A stretch of 64,000 bases of DNA from an uncultured virus (IMG/VR IMGVR_UViG_3300020421_000013) (Duplodnaviria; Heunggongvirae; Uroviricota; Caudoviricetes; Crassvirales). Of the stretch, positions 27,092 through 36,170 are shown piece after piece. Each line of letters begins with the position of its first letter. The stretch's first letter is position 1. The notes beneath the pieces were generated by a model. The model saw only the letters and a program-made list of their open reading frames with translations, was not told the origin of the DNA and did no database searches. The stretch lies in the IMG/VR virus record IMGVR_UViG_3300020421_000013; one strand, 5' to 3'. The translations under genes and the position numbers were made by a program.

Positions 27092-30000
27092 TTATTGTCC
27101 TATTATTACCCAACCTTGGGCAGTTCCACTATATACTAATTCAAAACTTGCAGATGCCGTGTTTAAAGTAAGATCAGCTGATGCACCCATTATTTTGTTT
27201 GTGTTAGCTCCAAGCACACATGTTGCAACTCCAGAGCGATTTGATATCTTAATCCACTGACCGACTGAAGGCGATGCAGGTAACGTTAATGTTACAGAAG
27301 CTGTTAAAACATACACATAAAATGCATCCGCCGTTGCGTCCTGACTTACAACCTGAACGTTATATTTTTTATTGTCTGAAGTAGCAGATATTAATTTACT
27401 TACAGAAACCACCTCAACCTCGTCTCCACTGGAAGGCGCTGTTAAGAAGGTTAGACTACTTCCCGAAAAACTATACGTTGATTTGTTTTGGTACACACCA
27501 TTAATATATACCATCGTCTCTTTTTTTGACTCAGGAGATCCGTTAACTAACGTAAACGATGTCTGGCTCCCTGTTCCTGAAAAAAGGTCTGAATCAACGT
27601 CTGAGAACGTTATAGAGGTTGGTTGTAAATTTTTTCTAGACTCTACTTCTATTGAGTCACCACTTGAAGGGGCTGTAGTAAAGCTTAATGTTGCTCCTGT
27701 AACAGAGTATGTAGACTTCTCTTGGTATACACCGTTAATATATACTAGCGTATGTGTTTCGTTTGTTGGCGCTAATGAAAGCGTAAAGTCTGTTGTTGTT
27801 CCGTTACCCGTAAATGTATTGTTTTGTATCTGCCCTACATCTGCAACACTAAGTGCAGAAGTAATAGATATAATCTCAACGCTATAATTGTTCTGTGGTG
27901 GAGTTGTAAATGTTATTGTACTCCCCGATAAACTGTAGTGTTCTTTCTCCTGATACACTCCTTGTATGTAAACTAGAGTGTGGTCTTTAGAAGCGGGTTG
28001 ACTAGAAAGTGAATAAGCCGTATCTGAGCCATTACCAACAAAAACATCAGTAAACATACTACTTCCGTCTGTACTCTGAAGTGATGCGTAGCTAATAATT
28101 TCAAGCTCTGTTCCATTTGGTGGCTCATTACCTGTTCCAAACACTAAGTCTGAACCACTAACTGTAAAGGTACTTTTGTTCTGGTATACACCATCTATAT
28201 ATACAAATACATTATTCTCGTCAGTAACACTTTGTCCCATGCCAAAAGTAAGTGTGCTTCCATTAGGACTATAAGTTCTTCTTTCTACTACCGCTGCTCC
28301 TGAGCCTCTAAGGTTCTGAACCTTACTCCCCATTCCTGAATGGTTAGTGCAGTAGTAGTATAAAGCAGGTGAATCCTGCTCTAGTGTAATTTCTGTTTTA
28401 GCGCCTGTACTTCCTGGTGTTCCAGTTACTGTTACTCCTGTAGTGTATTCTGTTCCTGAACCATGCGTTCCATCTTCAGTAGCGCTAAATCTTAAAGGAT
28501 GTCCTGCATTAGAAGAATCTGACTGGTCTATAATGTATTTTTGTCCAGGAATAAGTATAAGGGCTGTCTGTGCACTACCATCTATATGATATTTATTACT
28601 TCCTGATACTTGAGCTACAGTTACGTTTACAATGTTTTCTGATGCGCCTCCTATATCTCCCCACTGATTTGTGTATCCTTCAAACTTCCCTGTGTCGGTG
28701 TTGTATCGGAACATACCCGCTGATGCAGTTGGTCTTGCAGATGTGCCTCCATCTGGAACCTTAATAGCTCCCGTGGTATCAACATCTACAACCTGTCCGC
28801 TTTCTGATATAGATAAGGTAACATTTTCCCATTTTGATGAAACATTGTTATATCTTAATATTTGACTGTTAGATAAGCTAGTTATATTTACATCAGTCAA
28901 ATCATTGATAGGGTGATCAGCATTGATAGCCTCATACGTTGATCCATCATTTGTAAATTCCCAGTTATCATTAGCTTCATTCCATCTTATTGATACAGCA
29001 GAAGAGCTTCCTCTGTTAACCTCTACTCCTGCGTTTTGTGAAGGAGCAACATTACTTAGAAGATCACTATTGAGTGTTATTATGTTATCACCTATATTTA
29101 ATTGATTAGAATTTACAGTCGTTGTGCTTCCTGATACAATTAAATCACCTTGAATGGTTACGTTATTTGAAAATGTTTCCGCTTGATCCTTTCTAGCAAA
29201 CTTAGGGTCTGCGTAATCAAAAACATGATCACCAGTAACTAAAGTTGCTGCGCCATCGGCAACTGCCCCTGTAGTTAAATCAGCATCAATAGTTGCTGTA
29301 CCACTATTTACAGTTATATCTATATAAGTACCTGCAGCTAAAGTTACATCATCATCGACATTATCTGATCCCTCTAAACTTATAACTGCATCATCTCCAC
29401 TTTGTGCGACAGTTAAATCATAAGTTGTGTCTGTGTTTGTGGGTACTGTAATACTACTGGTTCCATCTGTAACAACTCGAGTATTTGTATTAACGTTTAT
29501 GTCAGTTAACTTTGTTCTTTCTGATCCAGTAATAATCTGTCCAGATCCTGAGTTTGTAATATCTGCGAGTTCTGTGGCATTGTGTAAAGAAAGATCTGTT
29601 ACGTCTGTTGGCTTATTTAAAATCTCAGAATCTCCAGTAGTAGCATTATAATCTGCTTTTACATTTACTTCGGCTCCAGAAGCAATACCATTAAGTTTTG
29701 ATAGTAAAAGATCTGTAAAATTATTATCCGTTAACTCCTTGCCAACAACTTCATCAACCTTTGCATCTAAAGCTGTTTGTAAACCTGCTATACTAGATAT
29801 ATTAAGAGCATTTAATGTAGACCTATTGAGTTCTATGTAGTCAACAACTTCCTGAAGGGTATCTAAAGTTGATTCGTCACTTAATAACAGAGTATTTATA
29901 GAATCAATCAACCCTTTCAAAACTCTTCCCTGATTTGCAGATAAAGGTGTGTCTGTACTAGTAGATGTAACATCATCAACTACATCAGAGTGTAACAAGG

Positions 30001-30589
30001 AATTTGTTAAAGTTGTTCTTTCAGCTGAAGTAATTATTTCTCCTGAACCTGCATTTGTTACGCCATCAAAATCAACTACACTAGCAGACTCTACAAAAGC
30101 TAAAAAGAAATAAGCTGTAGGGCTAAAAGACCCGTTTGACGATAGGTGTGTAACATTGAATATTATATAGTTTGAATTTACACCCCAAGTTTGAGCGCTA
30201 TCAACTCTAAATATTCCAAATACATCAAAATCATCCTGTTTTGATACTTTGATTCTTTTTCCTTGAAAAAATTGAAGGTAATTTGAAACATTAATTCCAC
30301 TAATAACTTCCTTCGATAATATAATTTGTGTTGTAGCAGAAAATGCAGTTGAAGTTGCAACACCTCCATTTAAACTTAAAACTCCTTGAGGATCGGTATT
30401 GGTTGGATCATAATTTTGAAATCTGTAAGCTATGCCATCAAATATAGCAACAGCACTAAGGCTATTAATCAAATCAACAATACTTTGAAGAGTAAAGTTT
30501 TTTGTAGTATTTGTAGCTTGATCAGTTCCTAAAAGCTTATCACCTAAAGTAACATTACTATCTTGAAGATATGTTTGTATCCTAGCCAT
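27092..30589 (-). CDS. Long tail fibre/baseplate-wedge-like protein with cupredoxin-like domain and four VYIxGVYQ repeats
   Basis: Likely start MARIQTY at 30589; GDNIITLN..AGVEVNRG..WNE, GMFRYNTDTGKFEGY, YYCTNHSGMG and four GNGS..VYIxGVYQ..FTTAP repeats. Confidence 0.75.
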   Translation of the reverse strand: MARIQTYLQDSNVTLGDKLLGTDQATNTTKNFTLQSIVDLINSLSAVAIFDGIAYRFQNYDPTNTDPQGVLSLNGGVATSTAFSATTQIILSKEVISGINVSNYLQFFQGKRIKVSKQDDFDVFGIFRVDSAQTWGVNSNYIIFNVTHLSSNGSFSPTAYFFLAFVESASVVDFDGVTNAGSGEIITSAERTTLTNSLLHSDVVDDVTSTSTDTPLSANQGRVLKGLIDSINTLLLSDESTLDTLQEVVDYIELNRSTLNALNISSIAGLQTALDAKVDEVVGKELTDNNFTDLLLSKLNGIASGAEVNVKADYNATTGDSEILNKPTDVTDLSLHNATELADITNSGSGQIITGSERTKLTDINVNTNTRVVTDGTSSITVPTNTDTTYDLTVAQSGDDAVISLEGSDNVDDDVTLAAGTYIDITVNSGTATIDADLTTGAVADGAATLVTGDHVFDYADPKFARKDQAETFSNNVTIQGDLIVSGSTTTVNSNQLNIGDNIITLNSDLLSNVAPSQNAGVEVNRGSSSAVSIRWNEANDNWEFTNDGSTYEAINADHPINDLTDVNITSLSNSQILRYNNVSSKWENVTLSISESGQVVDVDTTGAIKVPDGGTSARPTASAGMFRYNTDTGKFEGYTNQWGDIGGASENIVNVTVAQVSGSNKYHIDGSAQTALILIPGQKYIIDQSDSSNAGHPLRFSATEDGTHGSGTEYTTGVTVTGTPGSTGAKTEITLEQDSPALYYYCTNHSGMGSKVQNLRGSGAAVVERRTYSPNGSTLTFGMGQSVTDENNVFVYIDGVYQNKSTFTVSGSDLVFGTGNEPPNGTELEIISYASLQSTDGSSMFTDVFVGNGSDTAYSLSSQPASKDHTLVYIQGVYQEKEHYSLSGSTITFTTPPQNNYSVEIISITSALSVADVGQIQNNTFTGNGTTTDFTLSLAPTNETHTLVYINGVYQEKSTYSVTGATLSFTTAPSSGDSIEVESRKNLQPTSITFSDVDSDLFSGTGSQTSFTLVNGSPESKKETMVYINGVYQNKSTYSFSGSSLTFLTAPSSGDEVEVVSVSKLISATSDNKKYNVQVVSQDATADAFYVYVLTASVTLTLPASPSVGQWIKISNRSGVATCVLGANTNKIMGASADLTLNTASASFELVYSGTAQGWVIIGQ

Positions 30590-30593
30590 CTTG

Positions 30594-30683
30594 TCAGTTT
30601 GTCTTTGTTGTTGAATCTGTCCCAATCCACTTATCGCTAAGGCTTAGGGTAGTATCGAGATCGTATGTGTTAATTCTAGGCAT
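30594..30683 (-). pseudogene. 29-aa truncated duplicate of the fibre N-terminal anchor
   Basis: MPRINTYDLDTTLSLSDKWIGTDSTTKTN* aligns by eye with MARIQTYLQDSNVTLGDKLLGTDQATNTTKN. Confidence 0.6.
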
Positions 30684-30691
30684 AATTAATA

Positions 30692-30699
30692 CAAAGATA
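30692..30699 (-). promoter_or_regulatory. Bacteroidota-type -7 element (TATCTTTG)
   Basis: Intergenic, 8 nt upstream of the ATG at 30683. Confidence 0.55.
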
Positions 30700-30733
30700 C
30701 CAATAAAAAGTAAGCTCCATTTCTAACTTGTAG

Positions 30734-31153
30734 TTAGTGATGGTTCTTGTTTCCCATAACCTTCTCGTAAGACCTTCCGCCGAAGTAGCCTGCGAAGACA
30801 ACAAATAAAAGCTCTTTAACAACTGATAAACCTTCTATCTGCATATACCAGCCAATAACAAAAGAAACTGTAAGAAATATTAATGTTAGTGGCCTTACAT
30901 TAGAGGGGAGCCATCCACTTCTGGCATCTGCCACCCACCTTCTTGTAACACCGTCAATTTCAGCGCGTTCTATATCTAATTTTTTCAGAGCAACTTTTTT
31001 GTCCTCTTCACTCATTTCAGAACCTCCTATAATAGCCTGAATTACACTACCTGCTAATGTATCCCCAGCTACTGCGCCAACAACATTTGGTATTTTGTTA
31101 AGTAGGAATTGTCCTACCTTCGTGTCTTTGAATTTTTTTCTTTGTTGAGACAT
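30734..31153 (-). CDS. Holin (3TM/GTA-holin-like)
   Basis: RWVADARSGWLPSNVRPLTL, two C-terminal TM helices, YFGGRSYEK; adjacent to the endolysin. Confidence 0.75.
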   Translation of the reverse strand: MSQQRKKFKDTKVGQFLLNKIPNVVGAVAGDTLAGSVIQAIIGGSEMSEEDKKVALKKLDIERAEIDGVTRRWVADARSGWLPSNVRPLTLIFLTVSFVIGWYMQIEGLSVVKELLFVVFAGYFGGRSYEKVMGNKNHH

Positions 31154-31157
31154 TTTT

Positions 31158-31532
31158 TTAATAAACCCAAGTTACCTGTGGATCAAGGTCTTTTGCTCCA
31201 TCCGCATGAATAAATGTTTTAGCAACACCTATTCTATGACACCCAGCCTCTATAAGTCCTTTCAGAATCAAAAACCTATCTCTTGAACCTTTAACAGCTA
31301 TATCAACTGCACAAGGGCCGCCTTGTCTTGTAGACAAATGAGCCGAGTTAGATTTTCCTCCAACAGACTTGTTATGAGAAGGTGTACGGACTCCTGAGTT
31401 AATTCTGTACGGAGTCCCTGATATTTCCCTAGCCTTGTCAAGTAAAAGCAAAAATTCTTCATTCATCAAGGTTCCGCTTCCTGGTTCATCAGGAGAATCA
31501 AAATCTTGAATACTAAAGTATTTGAGTTCCAT
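31158..31532 (-). CDS. Peptidase M15-family endolysin
   Basis: INSGVRTPSHNKSVGG..SAH..AVDI..RIGVAKTFIHAD Zn-peptidase motifs. Confidence 0.85.
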   Translation of the reverse strand: MELKYFSIQDFDSPDEPGSGTLMNEEFLLLLDKAREISGTPYRINSGVRTPSHNKSVGGKSNSAHLSTRQGGPCAVDIAVKGSRDRFLILKGLIEAGCHRIGVAKTFIHADGAKDLDPQVTWVY

Positions 31533-31682
31533 TTATTTTCTTAATTTATGTGAAATATTAATTACTGTGTATATCAAAGTTGCTAATAAAACAAACGTTG
31601 ATAATATTGGGTTTATGTCATGAAAAAAACTAGTCCCAATCGCTGAGATACTTAATCCGTATATCTTCAAATCTTCTATCAT
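31533..31682 (-). CDS. 49-aa small membrane protein (holin/antiholin-like)
   Basis: MIEDLKIYGLSISAIGTSFFHDINPILSTFVLLATLIYTVINISHKLRK; coupled on both sides. Confidence 0.6.
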   Translation of the reverse strand: MIEDLKIYGLSISAIGTSFFHDINPILSTFVLLATLIYTVINISHKLRK

Positions 31683-31975
31683 TTTTTTGGTTTTCTTCCT
31701 GGTCTTGTTTTACCTGTAGCAGCTTTAGGTATATCTCCAAGTTGATTTCCAACTTCTTTGATTGCTTTACCTACATCAGATAATTCTTGACCTACTCTAT
31801 CAACTCTTATGGACACATCTTTTTTAAGATCCATAAATTTTTCTTCTAAAATATCAGGAATCATATTATTATTATCATCTTTTGTATATCCTTTTTTGGC
31901 AAGCCAAATAGCAGATACATTGATTGTAATTAATACAACTAGTAATATTATTGTTATTATAATTAAAGTTTGCAT
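31679..31975 (-). CDS. Membrane-anchored coiled-coil protein (possible lysis accessory)
   Basis: N-terminal TM helix, DDNNNMIPD motif, amphipathic helix, basic tail. Confidence 0.6.
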   Translation of the reverse strand: MQTLIIITIILLVVLITINVSAIWLAKKGYTKDDNNNMIPDILEEKFMDLKKDVSIRVDRVGQELSDVGKAIKEVGNQLGDIPKAATGKTRPGRKPKK

Positions 31976-31976
31976 T

Positions 31977-32057
31977 TTATTTTATATTTAAGTGTGAGCC
32001 ATCACAAATCCCTAGTGAGTTTTGAGTTGTTCCGCATACACATGGTTTAGTTTTCAT
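31977..32057 (-). CDS. 26-aa CDGSH-type Fe-S/Zn mini-protein (MKTKPCVCGTTQNSLGICDGSHLNIK)
   Basis: C-x-C-x9-CDGSH; ATGA overlap with the upstream stop, stop 1 nt before the next ATG. Confidence 0.65.
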   Translation of the reverse strand: MKTKPCVCGTTQNSLGICDGSHLNIK

Positions 32058-32296
32058 TTTCTTTTTGCTCCTCCTCGAGCCCTATTTATTTTTCTTCGTT
32101 CTGAGACTATAGTACCGTTCTTATGAGAACAATCCATGTTATCTCCCTTTTTTCCAAATTTACGATTAAAAGCATTACACTCTACACGTTTTTTGACTTG
32201 CTTCTTTTTTTTCTGAAAGACGCTATCATAAGCAGCCTTTTTAGCTCTCGCCTTGGGGTTGCTCCTGTAATATAAAGCAGTTCTGCCTAAACTCAT
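32054..32296 (-). CDS. Small basic protein with degenerate HNH-like motif
   Basis: 80 aa; DCSHKNG..ERRKINRARG. Confidence 0.6.
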   Translation of the reverse strand: MSLGRTALYYRSNPKARAKKAAYDSVFQKKKKQVKKRVECNAFNRKFGKKGDNMDCSHKNGTIVSERRKINRARGGAKRK

Positions 32297-32302
32297 AATT
32301 AT

Positions 32303-32389
32303 TTACTTTTTCTTTTTTTTCTTTTTCTTAGAAGTAGTTTTGGCTTTTTTTCCCATTTTTCCTCCGTAAGTTCCTTTTCCGTATGGCAT
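32303..32389 (-). CDS. 28-aa poly-Lys peptide (MPYGKGTYGGKMGKKAKTTSKKKKKKKK)
   Basis: AT-rich leader, tightly packed between neighbours. Confidence 0.6.
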   Translation of the reverse strand: MPYGKGTYGGKMGKKAKTTSKKKKKKKK

Positions 32390-32391
32390 AA

Positions 32392-32517
32392 TTAATCTTC
32401 TTTTGTTGGTTCAACTTCTTTTTTCTCTTCTTTAGCTTTTGCTTTTTTCTTAGCTGGTGCTACTCCCATTCTGATTAGGAAATCTTCCTTTTTTTCATTT
32501 TTTCCTCTTAACTCCAT
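32392..32517 (-). CDS. 41-aa Lys/Glu-rich peptide
   Basis: MELRGKNEKKEDFLIRMGVAPAKKK...; packed 2 nt from both neighbours. Confidence 0.55.
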   Translation of the reverse strand: MELRGKNEKKEDFLIRMGVAPAKKKAKAKEEKKEVEPTKED

Positions 32518-32519
32518 AA

Positions 32520-32768
32520 TTACTGTTTTTTAAATTTAACTTTCGCTTTTCTTGTGTTTGAAACAAACTGCTTGCTACTACCTCCAGATCTTTTTTTTCT
32601 TTTAGCAGTAGCAGCCCTTTCAGCCTGCGATAGGCTTCTAGCTTTTGATAGAGGTAAACATCTGTCTGGGTTTTTCTTATTTTTACTTGTCCCGCAAGCA
32701 CCTTTTATCTTCCCATCCGTTCCGATTCTCACCCATTTTTGTTCTCTCCATTTTTTTAATTCTCCCAT
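32520..32768 (-). CDS. Small basic phage protein (DUF5872-like)
   Basis: LKKWREQKWV..CG..CLPLSKARSLS..RAATAKRKK. Confidence 0.65.
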   Translation of the reverse strand: MGELKKWREQKWVRIGTDGKIKGACGTSKNKKNPDRCLPLSKARSLSQAERAATAKRKKRSGGSSKQFVSNTRKAKVKFKKQ

Positions 32769-32778
32769 TTATTTATAA

Positions 32779-34008
32779 TTAACTAAATGTTATTGTTCCT
32801 GTTCCTGCTGTAAATACTGCTATTTTTTCAGAGCCAGATGTAATATCAATAGCTCCTGTTAGTCCTGCAGATTTTGTTAATGTATTAGCTGCTGGGTATC
32901 TTAGTATAACAGTGCCTGATCCACCATTTCCTCCTGATTCCGTTGATGTGTAAAGCCCTAAATAAGCAGGACCACCACCGCCACCGCCTGTATTTGTAGT
33001 CCCCACTTGTCCCCCAGCTGGCCTTGATGCTGCCGTATCACCACCACCTCCAAGTCCTCCAGTTCCTGGTGTATATCCAGCAGTATCATTTTTAGATCCT
33101 CCAGCGCCACCTCCTGAAAAATATACAGAACCTCCATTTACTTCACCAACACTATATACGCCTGCTTCTGATGTGCTTATAATTGTTGTAGTTGCACCAA
33201 CACCACCACTTCCTGCAGTTGTACCTACACCTGCTGTTCCAGCCGCACCAGCACCGCCGCCACCGCCTCCAGAATAGTTAGCCCCATAAGTACCTCCTGC
33301 ACCATCATTACCTTGTGAGGGGGTTGTTGAAGGCGTATTACCTGATCCGGCTCTATCTACTGGATAACCACCACCACCGCCACCAGAACCACCATCTGCG
33401 TTTGTGGTTGCGCCGTCATAGTTTTTAATACCACCACCACCGCCAGTTGATGTAATAGTACTAAATACTGAATCTGAACCTTTTGATGCACTAGTTGTAT
33501 TCTGATTTGCACCACCGCCTCCAGCTCCTATTGTAACTACCGCACTAATTCCTGCGGTTAAAGTTAAAGATCCTGTTCTATAACCGCCAGCTCCACCACC
33601 ACCGTTTGATGCGCCACCACCGCCTGCTGCTACTAAATAATTAGCCGTTACTGAACCAGCATTTAACGCAATATTATCAGCTGTCCAGCCTTTTGTAGCG
33701 TCCTGATAAACTAAATTTACAGTTGCATTGTTTGTTACACATTTATAATTATCAGTTGATCCTTGGATCTTTTCTGATCCATTAGAAGCAAACATAACTT
33801 TGTTAGTAGCAAATGTACCAGCATAGTCTTGTATAACTATTTCAGTACCTACGACACCCGCGGGTAGAGTAACTGTAATTTCGGTACTAGTTGTGTTAAC
33901 AAAATAACCCTCTCCACCTACAGCTGTAAAGTTTGTTGTTTTTAACCCCTCTTGCCAAGCCGTTCCAGCTCCTTCTATTAATCCGCCAAGTACTTTAGTT
34001 TGCCCCAT
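32779..34008 (-). CDS. Glycine-rich tail fibre/surface protein (copy 1)
   Basis: GYFVNTTS..TLP..IQDYAGTF..KIQG..LVYQDATKGW domain, then a YLVAAGGGG..GGSGTVILRY Gly-rich domain. Confidence 0.7.
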   Translation of the reverse strand: MGQTKVLGGLIEGAGTAWQEGLKTTNFTAVGGEGYFVNTTSTEITVTLPAGVVGTEIVIQDYAGTFATNKVMFASNGSEKIQGSTDNYKCVTNNATVNLVYQDATKGWTADNIALNAGSVTANYLVAAGGGGASNGGGGAGGYRTGSLTLTAGISAVVTIGAGGGGANQNTTSASKGSDSVFSTITSTGGGGGIKNYDGATTNADGGSGGGGGGYPVDRAGSGNTPSTTPSQGNDGAGGTYGANYSGGGGGGAGAAGTAGVGTTAGSGGVGATTTIISTSEAGVYSVGEVNGGSVYFSGGGAGGSKNDTAGYTPGTGGLGGGGDTAASRPAGGQVGTTNTGGGGGGPAYLGLYTSTESGGNGGSGTVILRYPAANTLTKSAGLTGAIDITSGSEKIAVFTAGTGTITFS

Positions 34009-34009
34009 T

Positions 34010-34375
34010 TTATTCTGTTGTTACTGCGTCCCAAGTTTGTGTTTCCTCATTCCAATAGTATTCTTGCTCATTATCTGGATAATCAATTGGAGCCTTCCAA
34101 TCAAAATTAGAGTCTAATATCCAAGAATCAAATGGTTTAGGTGAAATAAAAATATCATTTGCTAAATCATATGTACAACCTACTCGTGCAAATTGTTTTC
34201 TAACTTTATTATTAAAACTTGTTTTAACCCAATTATTTTCACCTAATAAATTATTTAAAAAATCCTTACCTTTTTGTTCAGACTCTGTTCCATCAGAATT
34301 TAGTAAAACTTTATTATTAACGACTATTACTTCGGTAACAGTATTGTTGTTATTTATTTTTGCAAAATGTGCCAT
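34010..34375 (-). CDS. Fibre-associated small protein (copy 1)
   Basis: MAHFAK..VTEVIVV..KTSFN..RKQFA..YD..FISPKPFDSW..W.APIDYP..WNEET. Confidence 0.7.
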   Translation of the reverse strand: MAHFAKINNNNTVTEVIVVNNKVLLNSDGTESEQKGKDFLNNLLGENNWVKTSFNNKVRKQFARVGCTYDLANDIFISPKPFDSWILDSNFDWKAPIDYPDNEQEYYWNEETQTWDAVTTE

Positions 34376-34376
34376 A

Positions 34377-35783
34377 TTAATGTGTATAACTACCGCTTCC
34401 AGTATATGTTAATATTGTTTTTTCAGCAGTAATAGTTCCATAAGCGTCTCTAATAATCTCCTGAGTTACTGAAGGTGAACCTGTGGTTGTGCCTGAATAT
34501 TGAGCAGTATCCATTCTTAGGATTACAACCCCTGATCCTCCTGCTGCAGGGCCTGTAGAACCGCTGTTTCTTGCAGATGCACCTCCACCACCGCCACCAC
34601 CTGAATTTATTTTTCCAGCTGTTGCAGCTACTCCGCTATAATTAGGGGGAGCATATCTTATGGCTCCAGTACCAGAACCATCTCCAAGACCACCTGCTCC
34701 AGCTACTCCTGAAGTAGAACCAAGCGGTATATGTAATCCACCTCCACCACCAGCTGCATATATAATATCAGTGCCTGTAATTCCAACTGTAGTTCCTACT
34801 CCTCCATTACCTGGTGTTGGTAAACTTGTGCTTCCGCCTCCTATACCGCCAGATCCTCCTCCTCCAGCTCCAGAAAATGTTGTGGCAAGACCACCACTGT
34901 ATCCTTGACAAGAAGTTCCAGAACCTTCTCGATCATCACCGTTGATGAAAACACCACCACCACCAGAACCTCCATTAGCAACAATGGAACCGTAAGAATA
35001 ACCTTGTCCAGTTCCGCCTTTGGTAGCTGTAATGGTTGTAATATTAGATCCTGATATTGAAGAATCAGTGTCTGATCCACCAACAGTAATAGTATAAGTA
35101 GTTCCGATTGTAAAAGTTGGTTTTGTTTCAGAAGAAGCTGCACAACCTCCTCCTGAATTACCAGATCCAAAAGTAGTTCTTAATCCTCCAGCTCCACCAC
35201 CACCACCAGCAGGGTTAGATTGACCACCATGAGGACCACCAGTACCACCACCAGCGATAATTAAAAAATCTGGAGTTATATTAGCTGGGGGCGGAATTGT
35301 AGTTAAATTTTGATCAGTCCAACCTTTAGTCGAATCTTGGTATATTAACGTAGCACTTGTATTTAATGTTCTTAATTGACCATCTTCAGAACTACCTTGT
35401 ATTTTATCTGAACCATTAGCAATTATTCTAACTCGGTAAACATTAAAAGTACCTGCATAATCCTGTATGCTTATCTGATCTCCTACTGTGCCTTGTGGTA
35501 AAGTTACACTTACCTCAGCGGATGTGGTATTAACAAAATATCCTTTTAGACTAACTGCAGTAAAATTACTTGTTTGAATAGTGCTTATCCATTCAATCCC
35601 GCTAGAACTATTAGCAATTGATGTGTCAACATAATCTTTTACAGCAGCTGATGTAGGTAGAGTAGTATCATTATCATTTGAGCCTATTCCCTCCGATTCT
35701 GTTACCATGGTAGCATCTGATATTTTATCTGTATTTATCGAATCATCCGATATTAATGCTCTTGACACTCTAGTTATTGCCAT
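34377..35783 (-). CDS. Glycine-rich tail fibre/surface protein (copy 2)
   Basis: Same domain order as 32779..34008 plus an SNDNDTTLPTSAAVKDYVD motif. Confidence 0.7.
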   Translation of the reverse strand: MAITRVSRALISDDSINTDKISDATMVTESEGIGSNDNDTTLPTSAAVKDYVDTSIANSSSGIEWISTIQTSNFTAVSLKGYFVNTTSAEVSVTLPQGTVGDQISIQDYAGTFNVYRVRIIANGSDKIQGSSEDGQLRTLNTSATLIYQDSTKGWTDQNLTTIPPPANITPDFLIIAGGGTGGPHGGQSNPAGGGGGAGGLRTTFGSGNSGGGCAASSETKPTFTIGTTYTITVGGSDTDSSISGSNITTITATKGGTGQGYSYGSIVANGGSGGGGVFINGDDREGSGTSCQGYSGGLATTFSGAGGGGSGGIGGGSTSLPTPGNGGVGTTVGITGTDIIYAAGGGGGLHIPLGSTSGVAGAGGLGDGSGTGAIRYAPPNYSGVAATAGKINSGGGGGGGASARNSGSTGPAAGGSGVVILRMDTAQYSGTTTGSPSVTQEIIRDAYGTITAEKTILTYTGSGSYTH

Positions 35784-35794
35784 GTTTTATTTTC

Positions 35795-36166
35795 TTATTC
35801 AGTTATTGATTCCCAATTTGTTGTTTCCTCATTCCAAACATACATTTCATTATCAGTAGGATAAGCTACAGGAGCCTCCCAAAGACAGCTTGTCTCGTTT
35901 AGCGTCCAGCTATCGTATGGTTGTGGAGGAATAAATGCGTCTCTAGATTCATCATACGTATACCCTATGCCTGCATAATTTTTTCTATATGGAGTGCCAT
36001 CACCTGAGTGTACACCACCATATGTATTATAAGAAGTTCTTTTACAAACTTGCTCACGTATGTTACCATAGTGTATCTCCCAGTTTGTATTTCCGTCTGT
36101 TTCGTCTCTACCTACTATTACTTCGGTGACAATGTTTTGCATGTTTAAAAAAGCGTAATGTGCCAT
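35795..36166 (-). CDS. Fibre-associated small protein (copy 2)
   Basis: Likely start MAHYAFLN; paralog of 34010..34375. Confidence 0.7.
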   Translation of the reverse strand: MAHYAFLNMQNIVTEVIVGRDETDGNTNWEIHYGNIREQVCKRTSYNTYGGVHSGDGTPYRKNYAGIGYTYDESRDAFIPPQPYDSWTLNETSCLWEAPVAYPTDNEMYVWNEETTNWESITE

Positions 36167-36170
36167 ATTA

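Noticed and set aside
27372..27887. 171-aa plus-strand ORF within the fibre gene
   Set aside because: Antisense to a Ser/Thr/Gly-rich repeat region with no independent signals
32495..32701. 68-aa alternative-frame ORF over the DUF5872-like gene
   Set aside because: Short, non-ATG start; the 82-aa frame carries the recognisable motifs
21544..36166. Possible diversity-generating retroelement or invertible fibre cassette
   Set aside because: No reverse transcriptase or recombinase, no adenine-specific template/variable repeat pair seen, and all fibre genes are co-oriented
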